From Planctomycetota bacterium (GTDB lineage: Bacteria > Planctomycetota > PLA2 > JAEUHO01): a stretch of 64,000 nucleotides of DNA. The position numbers and the translations under genes were made by a program. Below, piece by piece: positions 30,684-40,024 of this stretch. The notes below the pieces were generated by a model. That model saw only the letters and a program-made list of their open reading frames with translations. It made no database searches and was not told the origin of the DNA. Position 1 is the stretch's first letter. Each line of letters begins with the position of its first letter. The stretch spans positions 160,001 through 224,000 of the forward strand of contig CBDCWP010000044.1 in assembly GCA_965223505.1 (NCBI GenBank), given 5' to 3'.

Positions 30684-32399
30684 CTAGTCTCCGATCGTGA
30701 CTTCGAGCTCGAGCCGCGTGGGGGGGCCGTCGCCGGCGACGGAGCCCACGTCGATCGACTTCGTGACGCCGAGCGTCAGCGTGAGCTCGCGCGCGATCTT
30801 CGCCCGCTTGATCTTCGGGAGCTCGATGGGGCCCGTCGCTTCGTTCTTCGGCCGCCGGACTTCGAACGGCGTGACGGCGTCCGTGAACTCGACATCGAAC
30901 GTGAGCATGACGTGCTTGCCGCCCGGCACCGCGTCGGCGCGCGCGTTCACGACCCAGCCCTCGAACAGGACGGCCGTGACGGGGTCGCCGATGCGCGCGT
31001 CCTGTGCGACCTCGACGTCCCAGTCCGCGACGTACGCGTGCTCGGTACCGCTCTGCGCGCAGCAGGAGCGTCCGAACGTCAGATCGAGCGCCGTTCGAGC
31101 GATCCGAACGCGCTCGCTCTCCGTTCGGCGCACCAACGCGACCTCGAGTCGCTTGCGCTGGAACAGCGATTCCTCGAGCGAACGCACCCAGGCGTTCGCC
31201 TTCCCCGCGGTGCCCGGCGTGCCGTCGGTCAGCAGCAGGGCCTCGACGACCTGGGCGTCCGCCTCGTTCCCGTCCCCGCGCAACTGCGCGACCAGCAGGT
31301 CTTCGACCTGGTCCGCGCGTGGAGCGTCCATCGGGGCCGTGCGCATCACGATGGGATGCGGGAACGGGACGCCGGTGTCGTGGTCCAACCGGATCGCGAA
31401 CGTCGAGGGAACGACGAGGAGCGCCCCGATGTCGATCGCGCGCAAGACCGCAGGTCCCGCGGCTGGTCGCACACCGCGCCGCGCCCGCAGGAGGACGATC
31501 GAGGTGCCGCCGTCGTCGTCGAACACCCAGGCCCGCGCCTCGTCCGCGCGCAGCCGCGTCGTCGTGGCGACGCGACGCACGTCCATGCGCGGTAGGTCGA
31601 CGGTGCCGACCGGCGGCGTCTCGAGCGGCAGGTCGCGCATGGGGGTGCTCAGGTCGCCTTGCTGAAACAGCGTCTCCATCGCGACGGCGCCGTCGTGCAG
31701 CACGAACGGACGAAGATCGAGGCTCCAGCCGTCGATCGCGACATCGACCATGGGATCGCCGATGACCGCCTCCTGGGCAATCTCGACGTTGAAGTCACCG
31801 ACATACGAGGTTCTGCGCGTCTGGCGGACGGCGGCGTGCACGTTCGGCCGGCATTCGGCCGACGCCGACGACACCCGGGCGCCGGCCCGGGTCGCCTCGA
31901 TCAGCAGCGTCGCCGCGCGCTCGGACGGGATGCCGCCCCGCCGGGCTTCGGATACCAGCTCGGCGACCTGCGCGCGCGCCTTCGCATCCAGATGCACCCA
32001 GTCGACGTCGACGCGAACCCGTGTCGAGGCCTCGTTCCAGCGCTGCAGGAGAAACGCGGCGATCTCCTCGTGCGCGCTCTCCGGCGCGGTGACGAACATG
32101 CGGTTGCCCGCCATCTCGATCGAGGCAAACTCGCTCGACGCCCAGAGCTCGGGTCGGATCTGAGCCTGGAGCCACTGCTCGAGCGCCTCCTCCGAGAGGT
32201 AGCGTGAGCCCTCCCGATCCCACTCGGTGATCGCCGGTGATACCAACGGGATCGGAAGCCCGATGTGGCCGGTCGGCGGTTCGGCCGCGGGTTCGATGAT
32301 CGCGCCGACCTCGTAGGTCTTCGTGACGAACGGTTCGTCCGCCGCGGCGCACGGGGCCAGTGCGGCGCCGAGCAGGAAGACGAGTGCGATGCGGGTCAT
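30684..32399 (-). CDS. Exported secretin-like protein with two DxxVE(I/V)AQ..IGDP repeats
   Basis: Signal peptide; N3-like GNRMFVTAPESAHEEIAAFL; duplicated beta-rich domain. Confidence 0.65.
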   Translation of the reverse strand: MTRIALVFLLGAALAPCAAADEPFVTKTYEVGAIIEPAAEPPTGHIGLPIPLVSPAITEWDREGSRYLSEEALEQWLQAQIRPELWASSEFASIEMAGNRMFVTAPESAHEEIAAFLLQRWNEASTRVRVDVDWVHLDAKARAQVAELVSEARRGGIPSERAATLLIEATRAGARVSSASAECRPNVHAAVRQTRRTSYVGDFNVEIAQEAVIGDPMVDVAIDGWSLDLRPFVLHDGAVAMETLFQQGDLSTPMRDLPLETPPVGTVDLPRMDVRRVATTTRLRADEARAWVFDDDGGTSIVLLRARRGVRPAAGPAVLRAIDIGALLVVPSTFAIRLDHDTGVPFPHPIVMRTAPMDAPRADQVEDLLVAQLRGDGNEADAQVVEALLLTDGTPGTAGKANAWVRSLEESLFQRKRLEVALVRRTESERVRIARTALDLTFGRSCCAQSGTEHAYVADWDVEVAQDARIGDPVTAVLFEGWVVNARADAVPGGKHVMLTFDVEFTDAVTPFEVRRPKNEATGPIELPKIKRAKIARELTLTLGVTKSIDVGSVAGDGPPTRLELEVTIGD

Positions 32400-32504
32400 C
32401 GGAACACCCCCTTGGTGGCTCTTCGTGTCGCTGATCCAAACGCCCGCCCCTGCGTTTCGCTTCGCGATTCCGTACAATCGGCGGTCCGGCAAAGGAGGTC
32501 GAAA

Positions 32505-33461
32505 ATGTTGCGCAAACTGTCTTCACGCGTCGTTGTTTGGATGGGGATGTCGTGTCTGATCGCCGGGTTGCTTGCGGCGCCGGCGTGGGCCGACGGGAAC
32601 GAGCGCGAGATCGACCAAGCGCGCAAACGCGTCCAGGAGATGCTCCGCGAGGCCGAAGAGCTCCAGGATCTCGGGAAGCACGACCGCGCACGCGAGCTCA
32701 TCACCAAGGCCGAGGAGCTTCAGCAGAAGATCAACGCCGCGCTGAAGCGAGAGAAGAAGTCGAAGGATCGCGCGCAGGGCGAAAAAAGTTGGGACGGAAT
32801 CCTGCGTGGGCTTCGCAACGGCGTCGAGGCCCTGGTCGCGCTGGGCAAGCACGAGGAGGCGGAGCGCCTCGAGAAGATCGCCGCCGCAGTTCGGCAGCGG
32901 CTCGAACACTCCCGCAAGATGAAGAACGAAGAGAGCGAGCGTCGCGCACACGCGGAGCTGAAGGAAAGTGAGGCGGCGAACAAAGAGCGCGACATCCTGA
33001 AGCGCCGTCTCGAGATCATGGGTTTGGCGAGCAAGGCGCTGCAGGAGGCCGAGCGCAAGAACGAGCACGAGCTTCTCGAGCGCGGCATGCACGCGTACGA
33101 GCTGCGCCTGAAGGGGCGCCGGGACAAGGAAGCCCTGCACGTCTACGAGAACATGCCCGACAACGAGCAGCTCGCCGAGGTGATGATCTACGCCGGCAAG
33201 CTATGGCACGAGTTCGGCCACCCGGACAAAGGCGACCTGTGCCACGAGGTGGGCCGCAGCTTCGTCGGCAAGAAGGCGCATCGCGAGCGACGCGAGCGCG
33301 ACGGTCACCGCGAGCGCGAGGGGCGTCGCGAGCGCGAGCACGAACGGGAGCGGTCCCGGGACCTGTTGGAGCGCATCGAGCAGCTTCAGGAACGCATGGC
33401 GCACCTGGAAGACATGATCAAGAAGCTCCAGAACTCGCTGCGGGAGGTCAAGGACCGGTAG
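32505..33461 (+). CDS. Exported coiled-coil hypothetical protein
   Basis: AGGAGG RBS; signal peptide ending AWA; E/R/K-rich helices. Confidence 0.75.
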   Translation: MLRKLSSRVVVWMGMSCLIAGLLAAPAWADGNEREIDQARKRVQEMLREAEELQDLGKHDRARELITKAEELQQKINAALKREKKSKDRAQGEKSWDGILRGLRNGVEALVALGKHEEAERLEKIAAAVRQRLEHSRKMKNEESERRAHAELKESEAANKERDILKRRLEIMGLASKALQEAERKNEHELLERGMHAYELRLKGRRDKEALHVYENMPDNEQLAEVMIYAGKLWHEFGHPDKGDLCHEVGRSFVGKKAHRERRERDGHREREGRREREHERERSRDLLERIEQLQERMAHLEDMIKKLQNSLREVKDR

Positions 33462-33470
33462 CGGGCGGGG

Positions 33471-34568
33471 CTACTGCCTCCACGCCGCTTGCAGCGACTT
33501 GGCGGCCTCGCCCGAGGGCAGACCCTTGAAGTCGCGTGCGACGCTCGCCAACAGCTTGTCGGCGGCCTTGACGTCGCCGGCCTCGCGCGCCGCCTTGGCC
33601 TCTTCGATGCGCTTCCGGCCGATCTCGTCGAGCGCATCGAGCTGCGGCTGCGCCAGTGACTCGAGCCCCTCCTTGGTCTCGAGGGCGCGGCACTTGAGCA
33701 GCTCCTTCACCGCCGCGCCGTACTTCTCGTCTTCGATCGCCGCGCGCGCCTTGGCGAGCATCTTGTCGGCCTTGTCGCCCGCCTTGAATCGCTTCTTGTT
33801 CGCCTTCAGGTACGCGCCGAACCACTCCGCCGCGATGTCCGGGCGGCTCTGGTGCTTCATTCCGGCGATCTTCTCGAACTTGACGTTTTCGTAGCCGGCG
33901 CCTGCCAGCGCGTCGCGCGCCTGGTGCGCCTGCCCGGACTCGCCGTCGTCGCCGATGATGAGCACGTGATCGCGCTCGCCGAAGAAGATGTAGATCTGGA
34001 GCTTCTTGCGTCCGGCCGAAAGCACTCTGGCGTCCGTGGGGATCTGCTGCGGGGCGAAGTTCCCGCCTCGCGTGCAGATGTGCGTGAAGACTTCCGGATG
34101 GCCCAGGCCCGAGTGGTACGACGGATTGCCGCCGCCCGAGAAACCGGTGATCATGACCGCGCGCCTGTTGACGTTGTACGTCTCACAGATCTCTTCGTAG
34201 ATCGAGAGGAGCACCTCGTCGTCTTCCTTCCACGCGGGCAGGTTCGAGCTCGTCTCGTAGTGGTTCGTCGCCGTGACCATGTTGGGGCAGGCCACGATGA
34301 ATCCGTGGTTGTTCGCCAGCGCCTGCCAGCTTCGAATCTCCTTCTCTCCGGAGCCGCCCCGACCGTGACTCGAGATCACGAGCGGCCAGGACGACTTCTT
34401 CGAGTACTTCGAGGGGACGTAGAGCGAAAAGGCGCGGTCGTGCTTGCGCGACTTGAGACTGTGCACCTTGCCGGGCTTGCGTGCCTTCTCGGCGACGACG
34501 GTGTCCGGCAACCAGGCTACGGCGGTGACGACCAGGACGAACGCGAGGACGGGGCGGGTACGGAGCAT
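33471..34568 (-). CDS. Exported alpha/beta-hydrolase (esterase/PHB-depolymerase-like)
   Basis: LYVP..Y, PLVISSHGRGG, TGFSGGG nucleophile elbow, FGERD, GMKH. Confidence 0.85.
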   Translation of the reverse strand: MLRTRPVLAFVLVVTAVAWLPDTVVAEKARKPGKVHSLKSRKHDRAFSLYVPSKYSKKSSWPLVISSHGRGGSGEKEIRSWQALANNHGFIVACPNMVTATNHYETSSNLPAWKEDDEVLLSIYEEICETYNVNRRAVMITGFSGGGNPSYHSGLGHPEVFTHICTRGGNFAPQQIPTDARVLSAGRKKLQIYIFFGERDHVLIIGDDGESGQAHQARDALAGAGYENVKFEKIAGMKHQSRPDIAAEWFGAYLKANKKRFKAGDKADKMLAKARAAIEDEKYGAAVKELLKCRALETKEGLESLAQPQLDALDEIGRKRIEEAKAAREAGDVKAADKLLASVARDFKGLPSGEAAKSLQAAWRQ

Positions 34569-34629
34569 GCGGGGATTGTAACGATCCGCCGTCGTGGCGG
34601 GACCGCTCTAGCGGCGTACAATCCGCTCG

Positions 34630-36090
34630 ATGGAGATCCGGCACATCCTCGGTAGGTGCGTCTTCGCGCTGTTCGTGTCGGCGCTTCTCGTCTCCGGCGC
34701 CGCGCAGGCCAAGCCGCCCTCGAAGAAGACGAGTGCGGAGTACGAGAAGCGGAAGATCCAGCTCTTGGTCGACGCGGGCGTGCAGCACATCGAGGTCGGC
34801 AAGTGGTGCCGGAACTCGGGCATGAACCCCCAGGCGACGGCGGAGTTCCTGCGCGCCGTCGAAGTGAGCGAAGACCGGCTGCAGTGGGCGAAGAACATCG
34901 TCGCGCTCATCCAGAGGCTCGACGACAAGTTCTGGAAGTTCGAGCGCAAGCGGCCGTCGCAGGTCATGCTTCGTTCCTACGAGAAGAAGCGCCGGCGGGC
35001 GTCGCTGCACATCCAGAAATCGCGCCTGAAGCTCGCGAAGTGGTGTCAGAAGAAGGAGCTCTACGACGAGGCCTTCACCGAGTACCAGGCGGTCGTCGCG
35101 CTCAGCGACCGGTCGATCGAGCTCGACGAGAAGGGCCGGGTCGTCGTCGAAGCGGGCGCGCTCCCCGAGGACATCTCCGAGAAGCTGCGCGACGCCGCCG
35201 TCGCGATCAACGACAAGCTGTACGTGAGAGACGCCTTCCTGCAGAAGGTCCCTGACGTCAGCGCGATCTACGAGGCGGAGAACGAGCGCATGCTCGTGCG
35301 CTCGCAGAACAGCGACGAAGAGGCCGAGACGCTCTTGGCCATGTGCACCGCGCTCCTGCCGTACCTGGAAGAGGACATGGGGGGGCGGCCGGACCGGCGC
35401 CTGAACATGTTCGTCTTCAAGACGAGAGCGGACTACACGACCTACTGCGAGAAGTCGGAGTTGGCGTCGCATTCGGCCGCGGGTGGACTGGCCGACAGCA
35501 AGACCTGGCAGACGCTCGTCTGCGCCGAGGGGTTGCCCGCTGAGACCGTTCGAGGCATCGCGCTGCACGAGCTGACCCACCTGTTCCAGTACGGCGTGAC
35601 CCGCGCGATCATGCCGAGCTGGCATAGCGAGGGACTTGCCGAGACGTGGGGTGGGGAGGGCACGTTCGTCTGGGACGGCGAGACGCTCACGGCCGGCGGC
35701 ATGATGGCGGCGTCGGAGCTCGAACCCCTCAAGACCGATGCGGGCTACATCGCTCTCGACAAGCTGCTCACCAGTGACGCGCTGACGCTCATCAACGAGG
35801 ACAAGGAGAAGGCGCGGTACTTCTATGCCGAGTCGTGGGCGTTCCTGACCTACATGCGCAAGCACGCCGACGAGGAGGTGCGAGAGCGCTTTCGGGCTTG
35901 GGAAGACACGTGCTTCACGGCGGCGCTGGGCGCCGAGGCGGGCAAGCACCACAGCCGCAATTTCGGACCGGCATCCGAGCTCCTCGAGAAGACGTTCGGC
36001 AAGGCTCTCGAGCGCAAGAAGGGCGAGCCGCACAAGACGGAGCTGCAGGCGATCGAAGAGGGGTTTCGCGCCTGGCTGAGCTCGCTGTAG
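34630..36090 (+). CDS. Exported zincin peptidase (DUF1570-like)
   Basis: HELTH, PSWHSEGLAE, YAESWAF. Confidence 0.82.
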   Translation: MEIRHILGRCVFALFVSALLVSGAAQAKPPSKKTSAEYEKRKIQLLVDAGVQHIEVGKWCRNSGMNPQATAEFLRAVEVSEDRLQWAKNIVALIQRLDDKFWKFERKRPSQVMLRSYEKKRRRASLHIQKSRLKLAKWCQKKELYDEAFTEYQAVVALSDRSIELDEKGRVVVEAGALPEDISEKLRDAAVAINDKLYVRDAFLQKVPDVSAIYEAENERMLVRSQNSDEEAETLLAMCTALLPYLEEDMGGRPDRRLNMFVFKTRADYTTYCEKSELASHSAAGGLADSKTWQTLVCAEGLPAETVRGIALHELTHLFQYGVTRAIMPSWHSEGLAETWGGEGTFVWDGETLTAGGMMAASELEPLKTDAGYIALDKLLTSDALTLINEDKEKARYFYAESWAFLTYMRKHADEEVRERFRAWEDTCFTAALGAEAGKHHSRNFGPASELLEKTFGKALERKKGEPHKTELQAIEEGFRAWLSSL

Positions 36091-36124
36091 GTCGAAGAGC
36101 GTCTAGATCGCGAAGCGCTCGGCG

Positions 36125-36787
36125 CTATTCGGGGTATCCGATCCGGTCCACCGGGTTCACGAGCGCGGAGACGAGATTGCGCGAGTGCGCGCTGATGCGT
36201 TTCAGGAAGCGCATGTACAGCGCCATCGAGGTCGCGGTCGAAGCCGGTAGCTCGACCTCGGCTGTTACCAGCTTCTTCTCGAGCTCCCGCGTACGCTTCG
36301 AGATGTCTTCCTTGTAGTCGGTCATCAGCGCGCGCGCCTCCTCTTCGTCGCCGGTCTTGAACGCCTTGACCGCGCGCCCGAAATTCTCGAGGGCCGCCGT
36401 TTCGATCTCCTGGAGGTCCTGCTCGAGCGGACCGCACTCGAGACGCGCCGGATGGTTCAACGCCAGCTCGTAGATGTTCTTCGAGTAGTCCCCGATGCGC
36501 TCGAGGTCGATGACGATTGAGATGAGCATCAGCCCGGAGCTGAGGTCGCCGGTGTGCCCGAGCGCGAGATGCGTCATGACCTTGCGCCGCACGTCGCGCT
36601 CGAACGCGTTCAGCTTCTTGTCCATCGCGAGGATGTCGATGTCCATCGACGCGTCGTCTCTGCGACGCAAGGAGTCGACGGACGCCGTCACCATCTCGTG
36701 GCACATGTCGACCATCTCGAAGCACTCGGTCATTGCCTGGACTTGGAGATTGTCTTTCGACAGCAGCTTGAGGATTTCACCGATCAT
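36125..36787 (-). CDS. phoU: PhoU-domain protein
   Basis: DKKLNAFERDVRRKV, IDLERIGDYSKNI, RFLKRISAH; directly downstream of a Na/Pi transporter. Confidence 0.85.
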   Translation of the reverse strand: MIGEILKLLSKDNLQVQAMTECFEMVDMCHEMVTASVDSLRRRDDASMDIDILAMDKKLNAFERDVRRKVMTHLALGHTGDLSSGLMLISIVIDLERIGDYSKNIYELALNHPARLECGPLEQDLQEIETAALENFGRAVKAFKTGDEEEARALMTDYKEDISKRTRELEKKLVTAEVELPASTATSMALYMRFLKRISAHSRNLVSALVNPVDRIGYPE

Positions 36788-36794
36788 GGGACGC

Positions 36795-37916
36795 CTACTT
36801 GAAGAAGAAGATGATGAGGAACGGAAGCAGATAGAAGGTGACCACAATGTATACGAGCGGGATGAGCCGGTTCCATTGCGCCAGCCGCGCGAAGTTCTCC
36901 GCCAGCCAGATGGGAACGAACCGGATCTTCCAGACGAGAACGACGCCCAGCACGTTGAAGAACACGTGGTGGAACGCAAGCGTCACTCCGAGCATCGCCT
37001 TGGTGCGGCCGGCAGCGTCGGCGGACGCCAGCGCGGCGAGTGACGCGATCATCGCGGTAATGGTCGTGCCGATGTTGGCCCCCATGGTGAAGGGGACGAC
37101 CTGATAGATGTTGAGGATGCCGGCGCCGACCAGCGGCACCGCGATCGATGTCGTGATCGAGCTGCTCTGGACGAGGACGGTGAACAGGAAGCCGAAGCAC
37201 AGCGCACGAAGCGGCGACTTGAACAGAACCTGATCGAACAAGTTCTCGAGCTTCGTGAACATGATGCTCTTGAGAATCTTGACGAGGCAGATCAGCATCG
37301 CGAAGGTCAGCAGGATCGCGACGCCTAGATGAACGCCGCCCCCCGCGCCGATCGCTTCGATGGCGTCCTGGATCGCGTTGATCGTCGGCTTCGTGATCGT
37401 CTTGATCGGGTTGGCGAGCTTGGTGCCGCCCACGTTCTCGAAGACGCTGGTCGCATGCTGTGCGATCCAGTCCAGAACGCCCGTGAAGACCTCGAGCGGG
37501 AACAGCACCAGCAAGACGATCATGTTGAAGAAGTCGTGCACCGTGGCCGCCGTGAAGGCACGCCGGAATTCCGCCGTATGCCGGATGTGACCGAGGGAGA
37601 CGACCGTGTTGGTCACCGTCGTGCCGACGTTGGCGCCCATCACCATGTAGACGGCGGAGTGGAAGCTGATGATTCCGTTGGCGACCATGCCCACGACGAC
37701 CGACGTTGTCGTCGACGAGCTCTGCACCAAGGTGGTGGCGAAGATGCCGATGAAGAGCGAGACGAACGGGCCGGCTTCCGAGCCCAAGAGCTCCTTCGTG
37801 TAGTCCGACCCCATCGACTTGAAGGCCGCGCCCATGGAACCGATGCCCACGAGGAAGAGGTACAGAGCGCCGAACGTCATCAGCACCCGTACCGGGGTGG
37901 GGATCCGGTCAAGCAA
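36795..37916 (-). CDS. Na/Pi cotransporter (NptA/PNaS family); start approximate
   Basis: Duplicated VQSSS(T/I)TTS and MGAN(V/I)GTT motifs; ATVHDFFN. Confidence 0.92.
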   Translation of the reverse strand: MLDRIPTPVRVLMTFGALYLFLVGIGSMGAAFKSMGSDYTKELLGSEAGPFVSLFIGIFATTLVQSSSTTTSVVVGMVANGIISFHSAVYMVMGANVGTTVTNTVVSLGHIRHTAEFRRAFTAATVHDFFNMIVLLVLFPLEVFTGVLDWIAQHATSVFENVGGTKLANPIKTITKPTINAIQDAIEAIGAGGGVHLGVAILLTFAMLICLVKILKSIMFTKLENLFDQVLFKSPLRALCFGFLFTVLVQSSSITTSIAVPLVGAGILNIYQVVPFTMGANIGTTITAMIASLAALASADAAGRTKAMLGVTLAFHHVFFNVLGVVLVWKIRFVPIWLAENFARLAQWNRLIPLVYIVVTFYLLPFLIIFFFK

Positions 37917-38012
37917 CTTCGGTTGAACGGACAGCGCTGATACCCCCGGTCGGAAAGCCCTTTGCCCGGCCTTATAAACAGGGGGATCCCCGTTCGTGCG
38001 CGGAATTCCGCA

Positions 38013-38664
38013 GTGTCTCGCCGTCGTCACTTCCTGCGCAGCACCGCCGTCACCGCGCTCGCATTCGGAGGATTGGCGCGTTGGTGCGGGACCGGTTGGG
38101 CGCGCGAGTCCCCGATCGGCGAGCTGGTCGAGGCCCCGGCCGGGATCCTCGATCTTCCGCGCGGTTTCCGCTACGACGTGATCGGCGAGGTCGGGTGCCC
38201 GATGTCCGACGGGCTGCGCACCCCGGGCGCCATGGACGGCATGGCCGCGTTTCCCGGTCCCGACGGCGCGACGATCCTGGCGCGCAACCACGAGCTCGAG
38301 CTGCACCAGACGACTTGGAGCGCGTTCGGTGCGGACGGCGCCGGGCTTGGAAGCGTCGATCAGCGCCGGCTCCACGACGCGGGGCGCGGGTTTCGACCCG
38401 ATCTCGGCGGCACGACCCCGGTCGTCTACGACACGAAGAAGCGCGAGGCGCGGCGGTCGTTTCTCAGCCTCGCGGGGACGCGGCGCAACTGCGCCGGCGG
38501 TCCGACGCCTTGGGGATCGTGGCTCTCGTGTGAAGAGACCATGCAGACAGCCGACGAGATCTCGGAGCGTGACTCGCCCGACGGCTCGACGCCCTTCGTC
38601 AACATCCAGTTTCCGGGGCTGACGCTGGCGATCACCGGACCGTGGCCGCGCCCGTTCGAAGTAG
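38013..38664 (+). pseudogene. phoX: PhoX/DUF839 alkaline phosphatase with a large internal deletion
   Basis: Tat leader SRRRHFL; DGMAAF, RNHE, NCAGGPTPWGSWLSCEE joined almost directly to C-terminal SPDGST.FVNIQ.PGLTLAITGPW. Confidence 0.8.
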
Positions 38665-38724
38665 GGGGAACTCGGCTCGGAGGACTGTGTCCAATCGTGC
38701 TGAACCCGGAGAGAGGACTGTCCC

Positions 38725-39966
38725 ATGCGCACACTCGCCGTCACCTTCGCCGTCGCCGCCCTGATCTTCGTCGGCGCGCCGCCCGACGTTCGCGCCGATG
38801 CCGAGCTTCCCGGCGCCGCCGCCGCGGCGAACACCGCGTTCGCGACGGACCTGTACGGCGAGCTCTGCAAGGCGCCCGGCAACCTCTTCTTCTCGCCGTA
38901 CTCCGTGTCCGTCGCCCTGGCCATGACCATGGAGGGCGCGCGCGGCGAAACGGCGGCCGACATGGGACGCGTTCTCCATCTCGAGCGCGCCGCCGCGGCC
39001 GGCCACAACGCGCTGGCGCAGGCGCTTCGGCCCAAGCTGGTGAGCGACTACTCGTCGGGCAAGCGCAAGAAGGTCCCCGCGTACGAGCTCAACATCGCGA
39101 ACGCGATCTGGGGCCAGCACGGCTACCCGTTCCAGCAGCCCTTCCTCACGACGCTCGAGACGCAATTCGGGGCTCCGCTTGCGCGGGCCGACTTCCGCAA
39201 CGGGGAGAAGGCGCGCGCGCGCATCAACGGATGGGTCGAGGATCGAACGCGCGACAAGATCAAGGACATCATTCCGCCGGGCGCGCTCACGCCGGACACG
39301 CGCATGGTTCTGGCGAACGCCATCTACTTCAAAGCGGCCTGGGCCCATGAGTTCTACGACCGCAACACGAAGGAAGAGCCGTTTACGACCGAGGACGGCA
39401 AGACCGTCAAGGCGCGCTTGATGCATCAGCTGAAGAACTTCCAGTACGCCGAGGACGACGACGTGCAGGTGCTCTCCATGGGCTACCGCGGCAACGACAC
39501 GTCCATGGTCGTGCTCCTGCCGAAGAAGCGCGACGGGCTGAAGCAGCTCGAGAAGAAGCTGACCCACGAGACGTTGACGACCTGGCTCGGCAAGCTGAAG
39601 GGGCAACGTGTGCGGGTCAAGTTCCCGAAGTTCGAGTACACGACGCCCATCAACCTCACGAAGACGCTGTCCGACATGGGCATGCAGCGCGCGTTCTCGC
39701 CGAAGACGGCGGACTTCACGGGCATGGCCAATGTGCCCGGCGAGCCGCTCTTCATCGGGCTGGTCCTCCACAAGGCGTTCGTGGCGGTCGACGAGGCCGG
39801 CACGGAAGCCGCGGCCGCGACCGTGGTCGCCATGCGGGCGGGATCCGCGATGCGACCGGCCGAGCCCGTCGATTTCGTCGCCGACCACCCGTTCCTGTTC
39901 CTGATCCGCCACAACCGGACGAACACCGTCCTGTTCATGGGGCGGGTGACCGATCCCACGAAGTAG
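38725..39966 (+). CDS. Exported serpin
   Basis: NLFFSPYS, INGWVEDRT..KI, ANAIYFKAAW, hinge VDEAGTEAAAAT, ADHPFLFLI, LFMGRV. Confidence 0.95.
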   Translation: MRTLAVTFAVAALIFVGAPPDVRADAELPGAAAAANTAFATDLYGELCKAPGNLFFSPYSVSVALAMTMEGARGETAADMGRVLHLERAAAAGHNALAQALRPKLVSDYSSGKRKKVPAYELNIANAIWGQHGYPFQQPFLTTLETQFGAPLARADFRNGEKARARINGWVEDRTRDKIKDIIPPGALTPDTRMVLANAIYFKAAWAHEFYDRNTKEEPFTTEDGKTVKARLMHQLKNFQYAEDDDVQVLSMGYRGNDTSMVVLLPKKRDGLKQLEKKLTHETLTTWLGKLKGQRVRVKFPKFEYTTPINLTKTLSDMGMQRAFSPKTADFTGMANVPGEPLFIGLVLHKAFVAVDEAGTEAAAATVVAMRAGSAMRPAEPVDFVADHPFLFLIRHNRTNTVLFMGRVTDPTK

Positions 39967-40024
39967 AGGCTTCGCCGCCGCTCGGTCGTCGCACGGGCAG
40001 GCGTGCGCTATCCTCGCTGCGCGC

